Below, one piece after another: positions 56,062-64,000 of a DNA stretch of 64,000 nucleotides. Positions within the stretch are counted from its first letter, which is position 1. Each line of letters opens with the position of its first letter. Both the position numbers and the translations under genes were made by a program. The stretch is from Psilocybe cubensis (Eukaryota), in contig CM038999.1 of assembly GCA_017499595.2 (NCBI GenBank), forward strand, positions 2,170,001-2,234,000, read 5' to 3'. A model generated the notes under the pieces. That model was not told where the DNA came from. It saw only the letters and a program-made list of their open reading frames with translations, and did no database searches.

Positions 56062-56500
56062 TGTTAAAACTGCTCTCTATGTCTCCCTCACTTTGCTATC
56101 TTATCAGATTAGATTACTTTCTTCTTATCTTCATTTGCTCTCCAGACCATTCTAGACACATGATATTTATCAGTCCATAGACTGGTCTGGACCGGACCAG
56201 AGTAGACCTAGGTAGACCAGAGTACTTGAGTCTACACAGTATATAGTCACTCTAGTTTACATCCTGAAGTCCCCAGTTACTCACTTCGGACTTCAGGTTA
56301 GTTTGTTAGCACTTTGCTCAATTCACTCAGTTACTCACTTCGGACTTCAGACGCTTCGTGCTCGCTTATCCCTGCGCCCTACGTTCTATAACTAGGTCGC
56401 CGAGTAGCTCACACTGCCCCGAGCTCGCCTGCTTCAACACTACGTTCTATAACTAGGTCGCCAAGTAGCTCACACTGTCTTGAGCTCGCCTGCTTCAACA
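56062..56500 (+). mobile_element. Copia LTR (array)
   Basis: Copy of 32492-32930. Confidence 0.95.
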
Positions 56501-56903
56501 GGTTATGGGCCCCGCGCTCTAAGCGCTCCAATTCCGTGTTTTGCGAACCAAGTTGCTTTCTGCATAGTTTTCACAAAACGGTCATTTTAGTCTTTTTTGC
56601 TTTTTATCCTCTACCAGGCCCGGCCATACATTGCCGCTGCTAGTAGGGTTGAACGAGCACGCCTTACGCGACTTGTTAACCTCGGTTGAGCGGGCCCCCG
56701 TCGCCTAATCCCCGAGTTATTTCTAGTTAAAAGTAACCCTTTTAAATTAGGCTAGTTTAACTTCGTCTTTTCCACTTGCGTTCGCATCGCACCCCGAGCT
56801 CCGGGTAACGCCTAGTTCGTTTCCACACATCATTACACATTCCCACACATTACTACCAACACTCGTATCCATCCGCTTACGCGTTCCTTCGCAATTCGCA
56901 ATA

Positions 56904-58145
56904 ATGATTTCTGATCCCCAAATCACTCCATTGAACTCAACCAACTACAACACCTGGGCAGGCCAGATGACCGCCTATCTCCAGTCTAAAGGGATATGGC
57001 GCATTGTCAGCGGTGCTAGAGCACAGCCAACGCTCTCAGACAAGCCTACTGCTCAGGAGGAAGCTTTGCTTGAAACCTACTTTGAGCAGAGAGACAAAGC
57101 ATGTGGTTTGATCTATCTCAGTTTGGAGAATGATCAGATGGTTCATGTGGAAGCCATCAAGGATGATTCTATCAAGATGTGGGATGCCCTCGCCGCTGTA
57201 CATCAGCAAAAGCGCCCTGGCAACCGCTTTAATGCATATGATGATCTGTTCTCAATCCGAAAGGAGGAAGGTGAAAACCTTCAAACCCTGATCAATAGGG
57301 TTGAGCAAGCCATGTTGCTAATTCAGCAGCTTCGCCCTAAGGGGTTTGATCTGGCTAAGCTTGATAAAGAGCTTGCTTCGCTTGCTTTGGTCAGGGCACT
57401 CCCAGAAGAGTACAGTTCATTTGCATCCTCACTTCTCCTTTTGGACAAGTTGGACAAGGCTACAATTCATCAAGCCTTTGTCACAGAGGACATACAGCGA
57501 CGTCGCCGCGCTTCGGAGTTGCCTGCACTTGCCACCGCGTTCCAGACCGCTCCAGCCCCTTCTGCATCCAAGCCCAAGTGCGCATTTTGTGATATGACCA
57601 ATCATGCAATGGACAAGTGTCACAAGTTCATTGCTGCGCAAAAGGATGCGAAGGAGCGTGTCAAAGCGGCTCGCAAAGGCAATAGAGCGCACAAGGCCTC
57701 AGAGGCATTTAGTGAGGAAAAAGAGTCCAAGGACATGGAATTTGCTGGAAATGCAAGTGCTCTTAATACCGATGTTCCCTCCGATGTTCCCTCTTCCATT
57801 TCACCCCAAACTAATGACGATTGGATTGCAGACACAGGGGCGACTTCTCATATGACGCCCCATCGCAATTGGGTTAGAAATTACACCCCCCTTCGCATTC
57901 CAATCCGATTAGCAGATGAACGAGTTATTTATTCTGCAGGGGTGGGCACTGTGTTCTTTGAACCAGTTGTAAATGGAATAAAGTCAAGAGGCGTCGAGTT
58001 AACTAGAGTTTTACATGTACCAGATCTCCGAAACAATCTACTGTCTGTTCTATACCTCACAAAGCACAAAGGCTTCAAAATCACCATTGATGCTAATCTG
58101 GTCCTATCTCGCCCCCTACTCCTGAAGGCTATCGCTACTGGATAA
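56904..58145 (+). CDS. Copia Gag-protease (unit 6)
   Basis: Same 413-aa frame. Confidence 0.88.
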   Translation: MISDPQITPLNSTNYNTWAGQMTAYLQSKGIWRIVSGARAQPTLSDKPTAQEEALLETYFEQRDKACGLIYLSLENDQMVHVEAIKDDSIKMWDALAAVHQQKRPGNRFNAYDDLFSIRKEEGENLQTLINRVEQAMLLIQQLRPKGFDLAKLDKELASLALVRALPEEYSSFASSLLLLDKLDKATIHQAFVTEDIQRRRRASELPALATAFQTAPAPSASKPKCAFCDMTNHAMDKCHKFIAAQKDAKERVKAARKGNRAHKASEAFSEEKESKDMEFAGNASALNTDVPSDVPSSISPQTNDDWIADTGATSHMTPHRNWVRNYTPLRIPIRLADERVIYSAGVGTVFFEPVVNGIKSRGVELTRVLHVPDLRNNLLSVLYLTKHKGFKITIDANLVLSRPLLLKAIATG

Positions 58146-58180
58146 CCTTTATTGATGACCATACAAAGAGTAGAGCTGCT

Positions 58181-60712
58181 GTGCTTCTTAAGCGCAAAAG
58201 CGATGCATTCAGTGCGTTTCAAACGTACAAAGCATGGGCTGAGAACAAATTAGGCTTTAAGATCAAAGCGCTGCAGGATGACAAAGCTGGTGAATACATG
58301 TCAAATGCTTTCATCAAATTCACTGACCAGTGTGGCATTGAGCGTCGTCATACAACGCGAAATCGCCCACAACAAAACGGAGTTGCAGAGCGTGCAAATC
58401 GCACCATGGCAGAACATGTTACTTCCATGCTCAATGAGGCTCGTGTTCCACCTTTGTTTTGGGGTCGCTGTGTTGCAGCATACATGCATGTATGGAATCG
58501 TGTTCCTACAGCTCCTCTACCGGACAAGACTCTGTATGAAAGCTGGAACAAGCGCAAACCTGATGTTAGTCATTTGAGGGTTTGGGGTTGTCTTGCATAT
58601 GTTTATGTTCAGGGAGATAAGCGCAAATCGTTGCAGCCTCATATGGAGAAGTGTATCTTTGTTGGGTATCATACTGGGTACAAGGGCTGGAAGTTTTACA
58701 ACCCACTCACCAAAAGGTTCATTATCTCTGAGAGAGCTGATTTCGACGAAAGGTGCTTCCCTGGGGTGTCCACTGGCCCTATGCCAAAGTTTGACCTTCT
58801 TCCCACTTCTTCTGCAAGTGCACCACCTCCCAATTCAGGGGGGGAATCTAATGGCTTCAATTTTGATGATAATGAGGATGACTCTACTCCAAGTCCTGTC
58901 ATTGAGCCAGAAGTGCCTATTGCGCCTCCTGAACAGCCAGCTGAACCGCCACAGCCTGAGGCCGTTCCTGCACCTCTTCCTAAGCCTGCACGCCGCCAGC
59001 GTGCTCCAGTTGATCCTGCAACGTTGAGACGCACTACTCGCGTTCCTAAGCAGCCTGGTGAATGGTGGAAGGTCTCACATGATCCTGAACCACCTGAAGC
59101 CAATGATCCTAGATTTGAAGAGGTGGAGTTTGCTGGGCTTGTTTCAAGCGCAGATCCGCGCACATTTAAACAGGCAATGAAAGCGCCTGATGCGCACATG
59201 TGGGAAGAGGCTGCTAACACAGAATTCAATCTGTTGCAGCACAATCAAACTTGGGAGCAAGTTGAGCTCCCTCCGGGTCAAAAGGCAATTGGCTGTGGTT
59301 GGGTCTTTAAAATCAAGCAAAATGCACATGGCAGTATAGAGTGCTACAAGGCTCGTATTGTTGCCAAGGGCTACAGTCAGCGCCCTGGCATTGATTACCA
59401 TGAGGTCTTTGCTCCTACTTTCCGCCCTGCTACTTTCCGCTTGATTGTGGCTCTGGCCGCCATTGGAGACTTGAAGTTGCACTCTGTTGATATTACAGCT
59501 GCTTTCACTAAAGGTGACCTAGACGAGGAGATTTACATGTTACAACCTGAAGGATTTCACCAAGGTGGCCCTAACATAGTTTTGAAGCTTAAAAAGTCGC
59601 TCTATGGTCTTAAGCAGTCTGCACGTCAATGGAACCTCAAGTTGCATGAGGCATTGTCAGATATGGGGTTCAAGCGTATAGAATCAGATCGCTCTGTCTA
59701 CATCTATTCAGATGGAGATGTGAAGATTATTGTTCCCATTTACATTGATGACATCACCTTTGCCTCCAAATCGGACGCCGCCATAGACAGAGCTGTTAAG
59801 CAGCTGGCTGCGCGTTTTGAACTCCGTGATCTGGGTCCTACACAGTATTTACTTGGTGTTGCCATTGAGCGAGATATGGCTGCTAAAACCATTTCCTTGC
59901 ATCAGCGTCAGTATATCCTTGATATGCTTGATACATATGGCATGACTGATTCTAATCCGGTCAAAACACCTTTGGCTGTGGGCACTGTTCTGTCCAAGGC
60001 AGATGGACCTCAGAATGGAGATGAGGTGGAATTTATGCGAAATGTTCCCTATCTCAATGCAGTTGGCTCCTTGCAGTATCTAGCCACCATGACCCGTCCT
60101 GACATTGCTTTTACTGTGTCCTATCTGGCACGCTTCAACTCCAATCCTGGGCCTAAGCATTGGGCTGCGGTTAAACATTTATTCCGCTACCTCAGAGGCA
60201 CTCTGGATTACAAGTTGACTTATTCTGGCGCTGTGGGCCATGATAACTTTGTTACCTACACTGATGCTGCACATGGTGATTGTGTAGATACTGGACGCTC
60301 TACGAGTGGTTATTTGACCGTTCTAGCTGGAGGTGCTATTGGCTGGGCAAGCAAACTCCAAACTGTTGTAACTCTGTCTACTACTGAGGCAGAGTACATT
60401 GCTGCGGTGGAGGCAGCCAAGGAAATTGTGTGGATGCGCAATATCCTTGAGGAGTTTGGCTACACAGTCACTGAGCCCTCTGTGCTGCATATGGACAACC
60501 AGTCATCTATCAGTGTTTCCAAGAATCCAGAGCACCATGGACGGATGAAGCACCTTGATTTGCGCTATTATTGGCTTAGGGATGCTGTTGGTGTTGGAAA
60601 GATTTCTCCTTCTTATATTCCTACTGATCAGCAAGCTGCTGATATTCTTACCAAACCCCTCTCACCTCCTAAAGTGGACTTTTGTAGAGATAAAATGGGT
60701 CTCAAACTTTAA
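58181..60712 (+). CDS. Copia truncated INT-RT-RNase H (unit 6)
   Basis: Same 843-aa frame. Confidence 0.85.
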   Translation: MLLKRKSDAFSAFQTYKAWAENKLGFKIKALQDDKAGEYMSNAFIKFTDQCGIERRHTTRNRPQQNGVAERANRTMAEHVTSMLNEARVPPLFWGRCVAAYMHVWNRVPTAPLPDKTLYESWNKRKPDVSHLRVWGCLAYVYVQGDKRKSLQPHMEKCIFVGYHTGYKGWKFYNPLTKRFIISERADFDERCFPGVSTGPMPKFDLLPTSSASAPPPNSGGESNGFNFDDNEDDSTPSPVIEPEVPIAPPEQPAEPPQPEAVPAPLPKPARRQRAPVDPATLRRTTRVPKQPGEWWKVSHDPEPPEANDPRFEEVEFAGLVSSADPRTFKQAMKAPDAHMWEEAANTEFNLLQHNQTWEQVELPPGQKAIGCGWVFKIKQNAHGSIECYKARIVAKGYSQRPGIDYHEVFAPTFRPATFRLIVALAAIGDLKLHSVDITAAFTKGDLDEEIYMLQPEGFHQGGPNIVLKLKKSLYGLKQSARQWNLKLHEALSDMGFKRIESDRSVYIYSDGDVKIIVPIYIDDITFASKSDAAIDRAVKQLAARFELRDLGPTQYLLGVAIERDMAAKTISLHQRQYILDMLDTYGMTDSNPVKTPLAVGTVLSKADGPQNGDEVEFMRNVPYLNAVGSLQYLATMTRPDIAFTVSYLARFNSNPGPKHWAAVKHLFRYLRGTLDYKLTYSGAVGHDNFVTYTDAAHGDCVDTGRSTSGYLTVLAGGAIGWASKLQTVVTLSTTEAEYIAAVEAAKEIVWMRNILEEFGYTVTEPSVLHMDNQSSISVSKNPEHHGRMKHLDLRYYWLRDAVGVGKISPSYIPTDQQAADILTKPLSPPKVDFCRDKMGLKL

Positions 60713-60775
60713 TCTTTCTTTCTCTGTTTTGCTTTATTTTTCTTTGTTCTGGAGACTTGTCAGAACAGGGGGGAG

Positions 60776-61214
60776 TGTTAAAACTGCTCTCTATGTCTCC
60801 CTCACTTTGCTATCTTATCAGATTAGATTACTTTCTTCTTATCTTCATTTGCTCTCCAGACCATTCTAGACACATGATATTTATCAGTCCATAGACTGGT
60901 CTGGACCGGACCAGAGTAGACCTAGGTAGACCAGAGTACTTGAGTCTACACAGTATATAGTCACTCTAGTTTACATCCTGAAGTCCCCAGTTACTCACTT
61001 CGGACTTCAGGTTAGTTTGTTAGCACTTTGCTCAATTCACTCAGTTACTCACTTCGGACTTCAGACGCTTCGTGCTCGCTTATCCCTGCGCCCTACGTTC
61101 TATAACTAGGTCGCCGAGTAGCTCACACTGCCCCGAGCTCGCCTGCTTCAACACTACGTTCTATAACTAGGTCGCCAAGTAGCTCACACTGTCTTGAGCT
61201 CGCCTGCTTCAACA
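60776..61214 (+). mobile_element. Copia LTR (array)
   Basis: Copy of 32492-32930. Confidence 0.95.
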
Positions 61215-61617
61215 GGTTATGGGCCCCGCGCTCTAAGCGCTCCAATTCCGTGTTTTGCGAACCAAGTTGCTTTCTGCATAGTTTTCACAAAACGGTCATT
61301 TTAGTCTTTTTTGCTTTTTATCCTCTACCAGGCCCGGCCATACATTGCCGCTGCTAGTAGGGTTGAACGAGCACGCCTTACGCGACTTGTTAACCTCGGT
61401 TGAGCGGGCCCCCGTCGCCTAATCCCCGAGTTATTTCTAGTTAAAAGTAACCCTTTTAAATTAGGCTAGTTTAACTTCGTCTTTTCCACTTGCGTTCGCA
61501 TCGCACCCCGAGCTCCGGGTAACGCCTAGTTCGTTTCCACACATCATTACACATTCCCACACATTACTACCAACACTCGTATCCATCCGCTTACGCGTTC
61601 CTTCGCAATTCGCAATA

Positions 61618-62859
61618 ATGATTTCTGATCCCCAAATCACTCCATTGAACTCAACCAACTACAACACCTGGGCAGGCCAGATGACCGCCTATCTCCAGTC
61701 TAAAGGGATATGGCGCATTGTCAGCGGTGCTAGAGCACAGCCAACGCTCTCAGACAAGCCTACTGCTCAGGAGGAAGCTTTGCTTGAAACCTACTTTGAG
61801 CAGAGAGACAAAGCATGTGGTTTGATCTATCTCAGTTTGGAGAATGATCAGATGGTTCATGTGGAAGCCATCAAGGATGATTCTATCAAGATGTGGGATG
61901 CCCTCGCCGCTGTACATCAGCAAAAGCGCCCTGGCAACCGCTTTAATGCATATGATGATCTGTTCTCAATCCGAAAGGAGGAAGGTGAAAACCTTCAAAC
62001 CCTGATCAATAGGGTTGAGCAAGCCATGTTGCTAATTCAGCAGCTTCGCCCTAAGGGGTTTGATCTGGCTAAGCTTGATAAAGAGCTTGCTTCGCTTGCT
62101 TTGGTCAGGGCACTCCCAGAAGAGTACAGTTCATTTGCATCCTCACTTCTCCTTTTGGACAAGTTGGACAAGGCTACAATTCATCAAGCCTTTGTCACAG
62201 AGGACATACAGCGACGTCGCCGCGCTTCGGAGTTGCCTGCACTTGCCACCGCGTTCCAGACCGCTCCAGCCCCTTCTGCATCCAAGCCCAAGTGCGCATT
62301 TTGTGATATGACCAATCATGCAATGGACAAGTGTCACAAGTTCATTGCTGCGCAAAAGGATGCGAAGGAGCGTGTCAAAGCGGCTCGCAAAGGCAATAGA
62401 GCGCACAAGGCCTCAGAGGCATTTAGTGAGGAAAAAGAGTCCAAGGACATGGAATTTGCTGGAAATGCAAGTGCTCTTAATACCGATGTTCCCTCCGATG
62501 TTCCCTCTTCCATTTCACCCCAAACTAATGACGATTGGATTGCAGACACAGGGGCGACTTCTCATATGACGCCCCATCGCAATTGGGTTAGAAATTACAC
62601 CCCCCTTCGCATTCCAATCCGATTAGCAGATGAACGAGTTATTTATTCTGCAGGGGTGGGCACTGTGTTCTTTGAACCAGTTGTAAATGGAATAAAGTCA
62701 AGAGGCGTCGAGTTAACTAGAGTTTTACATGTACCAGATCTCCGAAACAATCTACTGTCTGTTCTATACCTCACAAAGCACAAAGGCTTCAAAATCACCA
62801 TTGATGCTAATCTGGTCCTATCTCGCCCCCTACTCCTGAAGGCTATCGCTACTGGATAA
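61618..62859 (+). CDS. Copia Gag-protease (unit 7)
   Basis: Same 413-aa frame. Confidence 0.88.
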   Translation: MISDPQITPLNSTNYNTWAGQMTAYLQSKGIWRIVSGARAQPTLSDKPTAQEEALLETYFEQRDKACGLIYLSLENDQMVHVEAIKDDSIKMWDALAAVHQQKRPGNRFNAYDDLFSIRKEEGENLQTLINRVEQAMLLIQQLRPKGFDLAKLDKELASLALVRALPEEYSSFASSLLLLDKLDKATIHQAFVTEDIQRRRRASELPALATAFQTAPAPSASKPKCAFCDMTNHAMDKCHKFIAAQKDAKERVKAARKGNRAHKASEAFSEEKESKDMEFAGNASALNTDVPSDVPSSISPQTNDDWIADTGATSHMTPHRNWVRNYTPLRIPIRLADERVIYSAGVGTVFFEPVVNGIKSRGVELTRVLHVPDLRNNLLSVLYLTKHKGFKITIDANLVLSRPLLLKAIATG

Positions 62860-62894
62860 CCTTTATTGATGACCATACAAAGAGTAGAGCTGCT

Positions 62895-64000
62895 GTGCTT
62901 CTTAAGCGCAAAAGCGATGCATTCAGTGCGTTTCAAACGTACAAAGCATGGGCTGAGAACAAATTAGGCTTTAAGATCAAAGCGCTGCAGGATGACAAAG
63001 CTGGTGAATACATGTCAAATGCTTTCATCAAATTCACTGACCAGTGTGGCATTGAGCGTCGTCATACAACGCGAAATCGCCCACAACAAAACGGAGTTGC
63101 AGAGCGTGCAAATCGCACCATGGCAGAACATGTTACTTCCATGCTCAATGAGGCTCGTGTTCCACCTTTGTTTTGGGGTCGCTGTGTTGCAGCATACATG
63201 CATGTATGGAATCGTGTTCCTACAGCTCCTCTACCGGACAAGACTCTGTATGAAAGCTGGAACAAGCGCAAACCTGATGTTAGTCATTTGAGGGTTTGGG
63301 GTTGTCTTGCATATGTTTATGTTCAGGGAGATAAGCGCAAATCGTTGCAGCCTCATATGGAGAAGTGTATCTTTGTTGGGTATCATACTGGGTACAAGGG
63401 CTGGAAGTTTTACAACCCACTCACCAAAAGGTTCATTATCTCTGAGAGAGCTGATTTCGACGAAAGGTGCTTCCCTGGGGTGTCCACTGGCCCTATGCCA
63501 AAGTTTGACCTTCTTCCCACTTCTTCTGCAAGTGCACCACCTCCCAATTCAGGGGGGGAATCTAATGGCTTCAATTTTGATGATAATGAGGATGACTCTA
63601 CTCCAAGTCCTGTCATTGAGCCAGAAGTGCCTATTGCGCCTCCTGAACAGCCAGCTGAACCGCCACAGCCTGAGGCCGTTCCTGCACCTCTTCCTAAGCC
63701 TGCACGCCGCCAGCGTGCTCCAGTTGATCCTGCAACGTTGAGACGCACTACTCGCGTTCCTAAGCAGCCTGGTGAATGGTGGAAGGTCTCACATGATCCT
63801 GAACCACCTGAAGCCAATGATCCTAGATTTGAAGAGGTGGAGTTTGCTGGGCTTGTTTCAAGCGCAGATCCGCGCACATTTAAACAGGCAATGAAAGCGC
63901 CTGATGCGCACATGTGGGAAGAGGCTGCTAACACAGAATTCAATCTGTTGCAGCACAATCAAACTTGGGAGCAAGTTGAGCTCCCTCCGGGTCAAAAGGC
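62895..64000 (+). CDS. Copia truncated INT-RT (unit 7), cut by the window end
   Basis: Same sequence as 34611 onward, offset by 6 x 4714. Confidence 0.83.
   Translation, partial: MLLKRKSDAFSAFQTYKAWAENKLGFKIKALQDDKAGEYMSNAFIKFTDQCGIERRHTTRNRPQQNGVAERANRTMAEHVTSMLNEARVPPLFWGRCVAAYMHVWNRVPTAPLPDKTLYESWNKRKPDVSHLRVWGCLAYVYVQGDKRKSLQPHMEKCIFVGYHTGYKGWKFYNPLTKRFIISERADFDERCFPGVSTGPMPKFDLLPTSSASAPPPNSGGESNGFNFDDNEDDSTPSPVIEPEVPIAPPEQPAEPPQPEAVPAPLPKPARRQRAPVDPATLRRTTRVPKQPGEWWKVSHDPEPPEANDPRFEEVEFAGLVSSADPRTFKQAMKAPDAHMWEEAANTEFNLLQHNQTWEQVELPPGQK

Larger units (their letters stand above)
30908..64000 (+). repeat. Tandem array of Ty1/Copia elements, 4714-bp unit, one LTR per unit, about 7 units, running off the window
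   Basis: LTR starts at 32492, 37206, 41920, 46634, 51348, 56062 and 60776 (constant 4714 spacing). ORF translations are identical except at the left edge. Confidence 0.98.

Overview
Eukaryotic fungal DNA, probably an agaricomycete (inferred from the short GT-AG introns and the protein and transposon families). Only the first 2.8 kb holds host genes: a partial CAP-Gly/coiled-coil gene and the 4-exon RPS18. The remaining ~61 kb contains no host gene I could recognise and is layered by transposon age. (1) 3-12.5 kb: old, CpG-depleted relics, namely a TIR element with a 35-bp-periodic palindrome array and telomere-like repeats, a DD34E Tc1 nested in a LINE 3' end, a solo LTR, a LINE remnant and a fold-back element. 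(2) 12.6-30.9 kb: nested Ty3/Gypsy and Ty1/Copia elements scrambled by a 10.5-kb inversion between two inverted 1630-bp Gypsy LTRs with swapped target-site duplications (TSDs). This Gypsy family has TA...CA termini and 4-bp CG-centred target sites. (3) 30.9 kb to the window end: a head-to-tail array of about 7 nearly identical 4714-bp Copia units, one LTR per unit. The unit keeps open gag-PR and RT-RNaseH frames but has a frameshifting deletion that removes the integrase zinc finger and first catalytic Asp. Its LTR carries a 61-bp U5 duplication that looks like the scar of a self-insertion that seeded the array. The layout is consistent with the edge of a regional centromere or heterochromatin block with a retrotransposon-derived macrosatellite (inference). 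All alignments were done by eye.
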